This document shows, one piece after another, positions 18,599-38,054 of a DNA stretch of 64,000 nt. The notes below the pieces were generated by a model. That model saw only the letters and a list, made by a program, of their open reading frames with translations. It had not been told where the DNA came from and searched no databases. The position numbers were made by a program, and so were the translations under genes. The stretch's first letter is position 1. Each line of letters opens with the position of its first letter. The DNA is from Blastocystis sp. Blastoise (Eukaryota > Protista > Bigyra: Opalinata): contig JBBPEB010000033.1 of NCBI GenBank assembly GCA_039096225.1, forward strand, positions 434,001 through 498,000, read 5' to 3'.

Positions 18599-20681
18599 AT
18601 GGGTTGTTGTGCCTCAAAAGATAAAGAAAAGAATATTGAAGTCGATTTAGTTGGACGAAAGAAGACTACAGATTGCGTTTGTTGTATTGTCTTCTTTATA
18701 TTCTGGATTTTGTTCCTTACTATCTTCGTCCTTGGTTTATTCCATGGACAACCGGAAAAGTATATATATTTTTTAATAATTTGGAATTCCAGTTTTTTTT
18801 TCTATTTACTATTTCATTATTTTTATACTTTATTTCATTCTAGTATTATCTATGGTATCGATTATCAAGGTCATTCTTGTGGTGATCCTAAACTCTTTCC
18901 TGGTTCCAAAGCTAACAATTGTACCAAGGGAAGTCCTTGTTCTGCTATTTATTATCCTAAATTAGCTGAAGATGCTTCTGCTAGTGCTAAATCTGTAAGC
19001 TATTAATTAATTTAGGTTTTAAACGAATTATTATAATTATAGGGTCAAGTTGTTGCTTTTGGTCTTTGTTTACCTAAATGTCCTCGTGAACATAGTGTTG
19101 TTTGTTCTTATGATTATCATGTATATATAGAATATAATTGTTTATTGAATAAAATAATTATAATATATATATAGGATAATTATAATATATATATATATAG
19201 GATACTTATGGACTTCCTGAAGTTGACAGTGTTATTCCTTGTAAAACAGATGATTATAAAAAACAACATGAAGAATTATGTTCAAATTGTTGGGTTGTTC
19301 CTCTTAATACTACCTCTATATTGTATATATATATATATATATATATTATTATTATTATTATTATTATTATTTTGTATAAATATATATAATATACTATGTT
19401 ATAAATATATATATAATAAACTATATTATATATATAGCCATCGTTGTGTATTTATTGAGCCAAGTACTGAAGAACAAAATGAATATTGTACTTACCCTGT
19501 AGGTTCAAGTAATCCTTTAGATCCTACTTATATTGATCCGAAGAGTTCTGCTTGTCTTACTAAGGATGTTGTGACGATGGTTACGAAAACACAAATACAA
19601 GACTCTGCTATGATTTCTAGTCAACTGAAACAAATCTCAGGATCATTCAGTTCTTGGATTGAAGATATTACTAATGGTTATATAGTTATTCTTATTATTT
19701 GTGCTATTGCTCTTGTTTTTGGTATTGTATTCCTTGTATGTTTATATATATATATATTATTATATGTATTCTATATTATTCTATATGTATTCTATATTAT
19801 TCTATATTATTCTATATTATATATTCTATAGAGTCTTCTTAGTACCTGTAGTACTGTATTAATGTGGATAGTTATTGTTCTTATTGTTCTTGTCTCCTTA
19901 GTCCTTACTATTTTCTGTTTCTATAAGGCTAATATGATGAATCTAGATGATATTGTTCAATATACTAGTGATTTCTTTAATGATACTTGGAATGTTGATC
20001 TTGGTGTTAATACTACTGTTCCTATCTCCGATCTTGTATGCTTTTTATTATATATATATATTATATTTTATTAATTTTATTATTCTATAAAAAATATATT
20101 TATATATCTTGATTCTTCTTCTATATATATAAATATTCTGTTCATTTATTCTTATTTATATATATAGATTGATACATCTTTCCTTCCTACTTCCTTTGGT
20201 GTTGAAGCTTGGACTTGGTGTGCTTGGATTATGTTAGTGTTATTTATTATTATATTTGTTTTATCTTGTGCTCTTGGTTCTTATGTTCATACTTCTAGTG
20301 CTATTATTAAAGAAGCTACCAAGAGTCTTACTGCTATGCCTTGCATGCTTATGTATATATATATATATAGAAATTATTCATTTATTTATTATTATATTAT
20401 ATATATATTATAATTTATTGATTTATTGATTTATTTTTTTTCATTTTTACAATAAATAGATTTTAATTATTCTTTTAAGTTCATTTTTTATTTCAATATA
20501 TATATATATATATATAATACGAATACTAATCAATATTCCTTATAGTTGTCCTATAATGGTTGCTATCGGTACCGCTATTATTCTTCTCTTCTTCGTTGTA
20601 TCTTCTGTATTAATGGTCTCTTCCGACCTCACTCTCTCTCAAGCTGTTAATAGCATGATTGGAAGCATCGATAAAGTTGCC

Positions 20682-20718
<37 letters not shown>

Positions 20719-21336
20719 TATAATTAAAATAAAAAAATATTAATATATTTTTTTTTATTTCTATATTAATGATCTCTTCTATATATTATATATATAGATA
20801 TTAATAATACTGCTTATATCTGTGATGATCTTGTAAATAAAGTCAATTGTACCATGCTTCCTGATTTCCTTACTGGATCTTCTACTTTGAATTACATTAC
20901 CGTGATTATAAACTTATTTGGATTTTATTGGAATATAGAATTTATTGAAGGTATTTGTCTTATGACTATTGCTGGTGCTGTCGGTAAATGGTATTTCACT
21001 AAACTTAATGAAAAGGGAAGAAAAGTATGCTTTATTATTATTATTATTATTCTTATTATTATTATTTTATTTTATTTTATTTTTGTTATTTTAGAAAAAC
21101 AATAATATATAAATAAATATTATATTGTTCTAATGATATATATATTATATAGGAGAATGTAGGTAATAAGACGGTATTCCAAGCCTTTAATACTGTTATT
21201 CGTTGTCATTTAGGTTCAGTTGCTTTTGGTTCTTGTATTATTGCTATCGTTAAGGTACTTCGTGCTATTCTACTGTATGTTCTATACTATATTTAAATAT
21301 ATAATCTATTTTTTTTATATATTATATATAAATATC

Positions 21337-21369
<33 letters not shown>

Positions 21370-22186
21370 TATACAGTTGGATTGAAGGTCAACAAAAGAA
21401 ACAAGTTACAGGAATGTCCTTCTCCAAATGTTTCTTCAAATGTTGTTCTTGCTGTTTATGGTGCCTTGAGAAATGTCTTAAATATATAAGTGCTAATGCT
21501 TATATATTAGTTATTACTCGTGGTAAGAATTTCTGTTCTGCTTGTGTTCAATCATTTGGATTATTATTATTAAATATCGGACAAGTCACATTATTAAATA
21601 CTTTCTCTTCTATTTTCATGTTCTTAGGAAAAGTTCTCTCTGCTGCTATGTATATAATTATTATATCTTATTATTATATAACATTAATATTTATATCTTA
21701 TTATTATGATTTTATTTAATAAATGTTTTTATTAATGCAACAAATCCTTTTTATCTAATGATAATCTTCTATAGTTGTGGTGTGAGTGCTTATTATATCA
21801 TTGATTACTTACCTTCCTTTAATATATCTGGTTTAAAGACTATTACTGATCCTTTCCCTGTAGTTGTTATTTGTGTTATTATAGGTTATATTATTGCTGC
21901 TTGCTTTACTTCTGTCTATGATATGACTATTGATACTATATTATTATGTTATTGTGAAGATAAAGATTTCTTTAAAGAACGTAATAATCGTTATTGTACT
22001 AAAGGTCTTCGTCAAACAGTAGGTGAACAAGATAAAGAAGTAGAATTACCTAAAGGACATAATAATAATAATAATCAATTACCTCCTCAACAAATGTATG
22101 CTCAACCTATTCCTCAACAACCTCAATATAATAATTATCAACAAGGAGGTTATCCTTCTCAAACTATTTTCCCTAATGCTAATTAA
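18599..22186 (+). CDS. Choline transporter-like protein (SLC44/CTL family)
   Basis: RKKTTDCVCCIVF, YGIDYQGHSCG, IAGAVGKWYF, HLGSVAFGS, CCLWCLEKCLKYISANAY, VYDMTIDTILLCYCED; multiple TM segments; N-terminal MGCC acylation motif. Confidence 0.93.
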
Positions 22187-22803
22187 TACAAAGTTACATA
22201 TTCATTATAGTTGAATACTTTTGATTCATTTTTTTTTCTTATTGTTTTATTTTTATATATACCTTTTCTGAATATATATATGTATATATTTTATAAATTG
22301 TTTTATTTTTCTTTCTAAACATATTATGTTGATATATATTTTTTCTATATTTGTATGTTTCATACTTGTGAATTAGAGTATCATTCTTATACGTTATTCT
22401 GTCTATCCTATTCACATTTACTTTTTCTTTTGTTTAGAAGTTGGAAAAACTGTCTTTCTTTTTGGTTTACTAATTTGTTTCTAGTTTATCATTGTTTAGT
22501 TACACTTATTAAATTAAAAATCTTGAATAAATAATGAAAATTTAGGATGCGAATGTAAATCTATTCATTATTTTTTATATTACGCTATATATTACGAACA
22601 CATCTATGCACTAGATATATGCATAGCATGTCTAAACTTTTTAATAACTAGTAAACAAAGAGAAAATCATTATTTTAAGAACTATTTCTCGAATCATGAA
22701 TACATTCATTCTTTACCTTTCCATTCTCAATTTTCCCTTGTTTTTCTTAGAAAAACAATTAAAAGATCATTTTTCGTTGATTTCTATTGTTTTGTTTTTT
22801 ATT

Positions 22804-26216
<3,413 letters not shown>

Positions 26217-26615
26217 AAGTAATTTTTATACTTTTATTATTTTCTCTATATATATTATTTAATTATATATATTACATAATCCTTGAGTTTTATTAAAGAA
26301 TTTCCAGTCTTTATTTTTATGAGAATATATATATATTTTAAAAATATTTCTTTGAATCAGTTGATAAGATGAATGATATGACATATATATAACAATATTT
26401 GTAAGATTTTACTAAAAAATATTAAATTTCTTTATTATTAAAACATGAAGTGAACAAAACATAAAGAAGGTTAGGATATATATATATCACTAGTTATGTA
26501 TAGGGTATATAAATAACAATATTATAATATAAATAGAAATATAACAAGTTGTTAAATTCATACATAAAATAATTAGATAAGAATATATGTATATAAATAA
26601 TTAAAATACTATTTT

Positions 26616-28621
<2,006 letters not shown>

Positions 28622-29013
28622 ACTTTTATAATATCTAACTGATAATATTTATAGAATTTTATATTTTTTAAGAAAAAGAAGACTTTTTTTTTAGAAATTT
28701 GGAATTGTGAGATTCCCAAGAAAATAGTATTTGGAAGAACTTTGTTTTTGATAGTTTTCATTCAGTTTTTTATAATACTCTTTATTTCCTTTAGAGTTTA
28801 TTCGTGCTTTTCTTAGTCATTTTATGATTATATGGATAACTTTTAGGTCATTCATTTTTAAAATTAGCAAAATAAAATAATTTGAAAAAAGAATACAAAC
28901 AAAAATCGGCATTCTATTATCTGATCATGCTAAATATCTGCTAAAATATACTGAAATATGATCTTTAGAATAAAAATCATATTTTAAACGTGCATAAATA
29001 TTTTTTAACTAAC

Positions 29014-30296
29014 TTAATTAAGATTAGGAGTTGGATTTGTGTGTTTATTGAGTCTATTTTGAACAGCTTGAACCATCTTTTCTCTCCTTAGTAATGGCTA
29101 TATAAAATGTGAAATTATATATATTTGAAATAAAAGTAATATAAACAAAAATATAACTAATATAAACAAAAATAAGAGGATATAAACAAAAATATAACTA
29201 ATATAAACAAAAATAAGAGGATATACTGAGTCTTCTGAATAGGTAGGTTTAGATTCTAATTTATGACCTTCTCCTATAATAATAATATATATATAAATAA
29301 GTTTATATAAAATACCTTGAAAGTTTTGTATAATAGTCGGAGGCTCTGCCATTTGTTGAGGTAATAAACAACTACAACAGGATCCCCAAGACGCCATTCT
29401 ATTTATATATCCTAAATAAGAATATAAATTATATATTCAAATAAGAGAATTAATTATATATATAAATAAGAATATAAATTATATATTCAAATAAGAGAAT
29501 AAATTTCATATATAAAAAAAAATTTCATATATAAAATTATGAGAATAAACTATATTAATATAAATAAGATAATAAATTATATTAATATAAATAAGAGAAT
29601 AAATAATAAATAAAAAAAAGAGAATAAAGAATATAAATAAAAATAAGATAATAAATAATAAATAAAAAAAAGAGAATAAAGAATATGAATAAAAAAAAGA
29701 GAATAAAGAATATATAAAATATAATGAATATACCGGGAATAGGACCTACTCCAAGACGTATACATAAATCATTAGAAAAACAATTACAATTTCTATATAA
29801 AAAACATACATAATCTTACTAATACGAAAAAAAAAGGATGACAAAAAAATACTTTGTGAGAACATTATAGGAATCTCCTGTGAATTTCGGTTTCATACTA
29901 TAGATTACATCCTCTATTTCTTTCTTAGTTAGTTTTGAATATCCCATACTGATCGATTCTCGTAAATGAACATCAGGAATCGATCGTGGAGTTGACTCAC
30001 CAATCCCACCATCTCCACCAAATGAATACTCAACACCTATGTAGTATTAAAACTATTTTTGATTGAAAAATAACTATATACCTCCAATTTCAACACCACT
30101 ATGATATGCTCCTAAGCCCCAATCTATAAAAACGAGTTAGAAAGAGTATTTTAAAGAGTGTCTCATACCATATAGATAATTATTTGACTCATTTAAATCA
30201 TAAACCTATTCATCATATACTAATATAGAAAAATTTATATCTTACGTTGACTATAATCTCTGTCCCAAGAAAATGATTCCCTTTATATGCTGTCAT
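29014..30296 (-). CDS. DESI2: PPPDE/DeSI family isopeptidase, DESI2-like
   Basis: Spliced: IIVNVYDL, GAYHSGVEIGG (catalytic His), EYSFGG, YNVLTKNCNCFS (catalytic Cys), IPGYINRMA, and a C-terminal FQGEGHKL SHP-box-like motif. Largely missed by the ORF track. Confidence 0.88.
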
Positions 30297-30956
30297 TAGG
30301 GTATTATAGATGCTTTTTGTAATATAGAACAATAGAACATTAACTTGATTATTTCGTAATTGTGCCTACAGAAACTGTATTTTTCTTGTTTTTCTTTGTT
30401 TCGTTTTCCTCGTTTTTCGTAGATGATCATAAATGGAAAAGTTTTAATTTTCATAGATTGTTTTATAAAACATGATAATTCATGATTGCATATAGACTTG
30501 TATGAATTCAATTAAAAAAATGTCCTTAATTATTTACAAAGTATATTTTTTAGCATTCTAATGAATACAAAAAGTATATACAACATCGATGCCATTTAAA
30601 TTAATCGATTTATATTCATTGAAAATGATCTTTTGAAAAATATTAGACATGAGATCTCACGTGTTACCTATATAATCGTACAGAATAAAAGAAAACACAT
30701 AATAAAAGAATTAGAGCTATACTAAAAACGAAACTGAAGATAATTTATAGAATGAGTAAAAGATTATAGGATATATATAAAAAACATGAATATTTTATGA
30801 CTAATGAAATAATAAAAGTGAAGAAAGAATAATAGAGAATTTTATGTTTATTTACAAAAATATAAATTGATAATATATAATAATGATAAGTTTGTGAATT
30901 GTTGATTGAGTATAACTGTAATAGATACAGTATTATTATTATTAGTAATATTATTA

Positions 30957-32134
30957 TTATATAGGCGTAGCATATGAATTAGTATAGAGAGAATCAGTAG
31001 TAGTAGTATATGAATTAATATATGGATTAATATATAGATTAGAAGTAGTAGATTGTGATGAAGTTGATGTTTCTTGAGGAATCATATCAATTGTAGGAAT
31101 CATTTGTGTTGATGTTATTTTTATAGGATTCACTTTATTTGGGATTTGAATATCTATATATGCAATAAAATATATAGAGGATGTTTTATAGATGAATATT
31201 TTAAAATAGAAAATGTGATTATGTTTAATTTATGATTATAATAATGATGATTGTTTTTATTATAATGATGATGATGATTATGATAATGATGATTATGATT
31301 ATGATTATTATTATTACTTTAATTATTATATTAAATGTATATATTTATATAACATACTATTATTTTTACTGTGAACTTTCTGTTTACAGAAAATATCCTT
31401 AAAACACGATATACAGCAACAACAAGAGAACAAGAGCCACTATAGTATAATATGATTCATAAATATATTTATTATATATACAAATATTTCGATGGCTAGA
31501 AAAGCTAGAGCTAGAATACACCAATATATCTCATCATTTTGTATCTGTTTAACAGAATTACCAAAGCATCTAAAATAAAATAAAAAAAAAATTTAATTAA
31601 ATAATAAGAAAAATAATTATATATTATTGATAAACCGAATTCACATAATAAATATTAATGATAAATAGAATAATTATACTATATATTATATATAGAATAA
31701 TGTAAAACAGAATATTAACTATACATTAATATACTGTTTATTATTCATATAATATGAAGAACAGCCCTTTGTATAATTACTAGCAATAATATAGGGATCT
31801 TTATAATAACGAATCCTAGCAGTCATTGTTTTTGTCTTATTCTCTGAATATTTTTCAGAAGCCCAACCACCGTCTGAATATTCGCAACCAGTGCCTGACT
31901 GGCCACGAAGACCTAGAACACTACAGACATTCATAAATCAGAAAGAAAATTCATATTATAATGAAATCAAAAAGGATATATGCATAATAATAATAAATAT
32001 ACTTAGATTGATCAACAATAAAGCCATTCTCTGTTTTTATAACTCTATAGCAAATATTTTCTAAATAAGTATAAACTATGCATATAGTTCCATTCCACTG
32101 TCCATTATAGTGATTACATTGTGATATACACTTT

Positions 32135-32218
<84 letters not shown>

Positions 32219-32931
32219 AAGAATAGAATCAATTAATAAAAATCTATTCATTTTTAAATAATAAAAGTATATGCAATATATATATATATATAAAGATTTC
32301 ATTTATAAGAGAAAAAAGAAGAATGAAAAGTATACTCATTTTCATCACAATCTAGGTTTGAAAGATGTATATAATCTTTCTTTTCGGTATCTATAGTTTC
32401 ATTGTAGATCATATTATCATTATCATATAGTCTTAGAGTGGTTTGTGTAATGGAAAGAGTTCCAGTTCCTTTCAAGTAATAAGGAACTGTTTCAATACAA
32501 CCACCATCTGGATCATCCTCTAACTTACATGAATCACGAACAGGCCAATAAGAGCCATCAGGTGTTTCGATTGGCAATAATGAAACAACAGTATCGTTAA
32601 GATAAATAGTGAATGTATGATTTGAAAATAAAGTTTCTCGTGTAATGTTCCAATCAACAACTAGGCCGTTATAACTATAATAATTCACAAAAAATATTTT
32701 AAATCTTCTAAAACAAAAATACATTATTATATTACCAACTCTCTCAGAGTATCGAGTGAGTGAAAGTAAACTAAAAGCAAGCATAAGTGGAGGAATAACC
32801 ATTATGATGATGATACAAAACCGACAACGGCGTACATCACTTATTTCGTTTCTTTTCTTTTCAGTATTCTGATCCTCATTTGTATTCACTTGCATAAAAG
32901 TTCTTTGACTAAAAGCAGAATAAACAAGCAT
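30957..32931 (-). CDS. Uncharacterised membrane protein: two TM segments flanking a Cys-rich, N-glycosylation-rich ectodomain
   Basis: TM FCIIIIMVIPPLMLAFSLLSL, ectodomain with CISQCNHYNGQWNGTIC and DPYIIASNYTKGCS, second hydrophobic segment near 31410-31530, last exon ends YATPI* at 30957. Start may be 32895 rather than 32931. Confidence 0.65.
32139..32213. repeat. Intronic (TA)n microsatellite at a 3' splice site
   Basis: TA run directly abutting the minus-strand AG acceptor. Confidence 0.9.
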
Positions 32932-34022
32932 TTTTTATGTCATTCATTTCAGTTAATTTTTGAGATGATTTTTGAATCTGATTTTCTTTATGTTAAGTGA
33001 TTCAGCATGTTCTAATGGTCTATGGTAATCAAAGTTTTTCTCAATAACTATTTGTTTGTGTTATTCCTATAGTAATAGGATTGGATATCAGAGAATAATA
33101 CCATGATCTGATGGATAATAGTTGATCATTGACCAATGAATGATTATGTGGAACTCACAATTATCTTGTTACATAAAAGAGTATTATCTATTTAAATGAA
33201 TGCTATCTATGTTCATAGTGCTTCATCTCTATGTAGAAAATATAATAGAATGATTTGCCTGTTTAAAAACTAGGATAAGATATATTAGCAGTGATCTGAT
33301 TAATAAATATTTTTCTTTTAAAATATAGTTTTTCTCTTATTATTTTTAATAGGAACATGATATATGCATCTGAAACATTTCTGAATCGTAATGTATTCTT
33401 AAAAGCAAAAATATATATATTGAAAGTCAAAAAAAAACATTTTAAATACTCATTATTTCATATTATATCAGTAATAATATAATATTTGAATTACTATCGC
33501 TATATGTATTCAACACAATCTAACTTATTCCCATCGATTTGTCTTACATAAGTTATCTACTTAAATACATATAAATATTCAATTGAATCTTTTTGGAACA
33601 TACTTAATAAACTATATAGAGATAATTATACATTATAATATTAAATAAGAGCGAGAAGAAAAATAAAATGTCATAAGAAACGATTTAAAAATAATTTATA
33701 TCATTAGCTGATATTACCTATATCTTATCATGATAAACCGGCATATTAACTTCTTTTCTTAAATCAAAACAAAATTTATATAAAAAATAATATCAATATG
33801 TACCATGTACAATGCTCAATATTTGAAGAGATACATTGATTTTCCATATGATTCAAATATAAAGACCTGACTTCTAATGTTTATAAATAGAAATATCAAA
33901 TATATGTCTAAAGAAATTAATTTAGAATATCTTTTATTGTTGACAACGAAACCAATATATTTTCACGAATACAAAAAATAAACATTTTTTTTTATTTTTA
34001 ATAAAATACTATATTAAATTAA

Positions 34023-34849
34023 ATGGGTCAAGGATCTTCTAAGGCAGCGAAACAGACTGTAAGAACTGCAAGGGAAGTAGCAGGTATAGATCTATATATC
34101 TTTTGTTGATTATCATTTCATTGTTTATAGAGCAAAGAGCAGTTCTCAAAGAGACTCGAAAAGCAGGTATGATTCATATAGACTTATGATTACCTTTCTT
34201 ACTGAGTATAGCTTTTAATGCAACTCGTATGGTAACTGAAGGTATCTTTATTCTTTATTATAAAAGTCAATTAATGATTTACAGAGGTAGCAAATACTGA
34301 ATACGCAAAGAATATGGTAGGATTAAGAGATGATGTCGACAAATATATCGATGATGAAAAGAAATCATTTTATAAATATGTTGATTTTGAGGTATATTGA
34401 AAGTATATATATATTTTTTTAAGTTTATAGGGTGTGAAAGACATAAATGAGAATCCAAATCAAGTTCCTGTTTATTCAAAAGGACCATTACCAAAAGATA
34501 AAAAGATTGTATAAATATTATTTATTATTTTTATTATATATATATATATTTATACAGTATGATTTTCCTTCAGAAGTTACCGAAATACCAAATACATTAA
34601 ATAAATCTCAAGTATATTAAATATTATATATTATATATATATATATAGACAGTAGCATTATATGATTGTGTTAAAGCTACATATCCTAATATTAATTATG
34701 ATGTTTTATCAAAACAATTTAATATTGATATCGATAAATTAAAAGTATTTTTAAAATACTATGTGATTCCCGTGTTTAATGAAGATCTTGAAACACATAT
34801 AGTAACTGCTTATAGACCTCATTGGACGAAAGATATTAAAATTGAATAA
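34023..34849 (+). CDS. Small 7-exon protein, NDUFAF4 (complex I assembly factor)-like
   Basis: Six short GT-AG introns join MGQGSSKAAK... to ...PNTLNKSQ...LSKQFNIDIDKLKVFLKYYVIP. Myristoylation-type MGxxxS start and the C-terminal pattern resemble NDUFAF4/UPF0240. Missed by the ORF track. Confidence 0.6.
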
Positions 34850-35396
34850 TAAGTTATGTTTATATATATATATATATATATATTTCTTATATAATTTTTA
34901 TAATTTATATGTATTGTTTTCACTTTTCAAAGATATATTTCTCTTATATATATATATTATGGTGTATTAGTATTTTTCTTCTTTTCATTTAATTAATATT
35001 TAAAATACACTTTATTGATTGTCTAATTGAATATTCTTTATAAATATTTAAATATGTTTATTCTCAACAAATTTAAAATAAGAGTATCTGTGTTGTTGCA
35101 TGTGATTATACTACTAGAAGACGAGATATGTGATTTAATTGATTTTTTTAAATTTTTTGTTCAATAAGATATTATATAGTTTTTTATTCTTGTCTATTTT
35201 TGGTAGAGTTATCCTAAATTATTTTTTATTATTCAATGAAAATCAAAGGAATAAAATGATAAAAACTATTTAATTCATTTATAATATTTATATGTTCTTT
35301 ATAATAATATTTTCAATATTTATTAGTAGCAATTACAATAAACGTTTATTTAGAATATATATATAAATAATAGAATTAGTATTGTATATAGAAAAG

Positions 35397-36632
35397 TTAT
35401 TCTTGTGTTTGTTCTGATATCTCGTTAGAAGATTCATATTGCAGTTCCTTTGTCTCCTGACGTTTATCTATAATAATAATTATTATATAGAAATAAATTG
35501 ACTTTTTTTTAGTTAAAAAAAATAAAATATGAATAGCGAATATATTGATAATATTATTAAACTCAATAAAATATAAATAATATATATAGGATAAAAACAA
35601 CAGAATATATACATGAATAGTGTATTATAATAAAGAGTATATAAGTCTATATATATATATATATATATATACGTGCTTCAGCTATAGCATCTCTTTCCTT
35701 CTTTCTCCCTTTTCGTCCTAATACTGCAGTAGAGATACCTAATTCTAATCCCTCTAAAAGTCTACATGCTTGACAGATCTCCTATATATATATAATAGTA
35801 TAGTATAAGGATTAAAAGAAATAGTATTGAATAACAAAGAAACATAGAATATATATATATATATATATATTACTTGGCTAGAAATACATCCACAACGTGA
35901 ACATTTACGTAATTTATTTATTTTTGTATTAACATCTGTATGGAAGTGTTCTATATATATATAATTATATCACTATTAATTAATGTATTAATAATAATAA
36001 TAATTATTATTATTATATAATAATAATATAATAATAATAAATATATACCTGATGATTGAATAGTATCTAATAATATTTGTGGACGAATAAGCTGAGCTTT
36101 TGCTAAATATTCACGTGCTATATATATATATATTATAATATATATGATACATGGTAATAATATAAGAAATAGATATATGTATATAATAGTATATGTATAT
36201 ATAGTATAAAGTATAAGAATACATGTATATGAGAATATAATAATACTTATATATATATATATATATACCATAGGATCTGAATGCATGAGGTGCATAAGTG
36301 CATTCGACACTGAAATAATCTAATTGACGATAATGAGCATATAATACAATCTCTCTTTGATACGATAATCTAGAAAGAATTATTATAATTATTATTATTG
36401 TTATTATTATATATATATATATATATATATATTCTAATATAGATTTAAAAAAACAAATAATAAAAAATATAACCAATATTATATATATATATATACTTGA
36501 ATGGCTTACATCTGGGCATATCTCCTTCTCCCTCGGTAATGGCTGCCGCACAACGCGATAACCGACTGATATCACCACGGAGTAAATTTAACATTACTAT
36601 ATATATAGAGTAATAGAAAATTATAATAATTT

Positions 36633-36701
<69 letters not shown>

Positions 36702-37407
36702 GTTTCTGCCATATCATCTGCATTATGCCCCGTGGCCACTTTATCAGCCTTATATCGGAATGCACCCTCATTTAAAGCCTATATATATATATATATACTC
36801 ATAATAGTATTATACTATCATATTAAAAATAATAAACATTTAAAACGCATTATATAATATTTAAAAAGAATCTATATAAAAAATAATAATAATAAATAAT
36901 AACTTTAAAAACCTACTTGTCTTCTGAAAACACCACAGAATGTACAACTATTAGCTCCTTGTGTATATTGATAAATTTTATCCATTGTCCAATGAAATAA
37001 TTCTTCATAAGATAAAATATATAGAGGAAGTTGATATTGCAAAGCGTTTCTTTTTACAGTCTCTAATGATTCATCTCTATATCCTGTAATACCTTCATCA
37101 ATAGAGAGTAAAAATAAATCTAATCCATAATCATATTTCTTATTTAGTAAATTTAAGATATAAGCAAGAGTTGTAGAATCTTTACCTCCAGACGCACCAA
37201 TTGCTATACGTTCACCGCGTTTAAACATCTTTTCTGATAAGATAAGATCATGGATCTCTGTTTCAAATAGTTCAAAGAAACATTCCTTGCAAACCATCAT
37301 TCCATTCTTTGGACGTTTGATAATAGCCTTCAAAAAAATAATAAATTGATATAAATAATAACATATACGTTCTTCTCGTGACAATTCTCACACTTACGAG
37401 GAGGCAT
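35397..37407 (-). CDS. CTU1: Cytoplasmic tRNA 2-thiolation protein 1 (Ncs6/CTU1)
   Basis: N-terminal CENC/CKEC, PP-loop [56 protein letters not shown] and C-terminal CxxC pairs. Confidence 0.95.
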
Positions 37408-37820
37408 TTAAGGTTTATTGAAAGAAAAATATGTGTGTTAACGAAAAATATTTAGTTTATTTTTGTAATTTTCATAGAATAAATTGATTTGAAATTATAA
37501 AAATAATTCATTTTATATTTTGGTGCTATTTTGAGATATGTCTAAAATGTAAATTTTTACTTTTAAAGAATATGATTACGAAATGAAAAAGGAAATGATG
37601 CTATTTTTGATCAAGAATGCCTTCGTATTATCATCTTGATTGTTTCATTATTATATAATACTAATTACAGTATATTTCTGAATGTTAAAAAAAAATAAAC
37701 AAAGAAATTTTAGAATGGGAACAATTGAAATACCAATAAAAATGAAAAAAAGAAAAAACAAAAAGAGGAAACTAATAGGAATATTAAAAAATATTATACA
37801 TAGGAGTTAGAAAATAATGA

Positions 37821-38018
37821 TTAAAACTTTTTGTTGACTTTATTTGCATTGAAAACATTAGACAATAATTGTTGTCTTCTTGTTAATTTATCATTATTCT
37901 TATGATTTATTGAAGGTAACTTTTTAAAAGGACTAATAACACTTTTAATAAGTGTTTCTAGAAAGAAATATATATAAATAGAATAATCAGAGTTTATATA
38001 GTATTTAGAATAATTATG

Positions 38019-38054
<36 letters not shown>

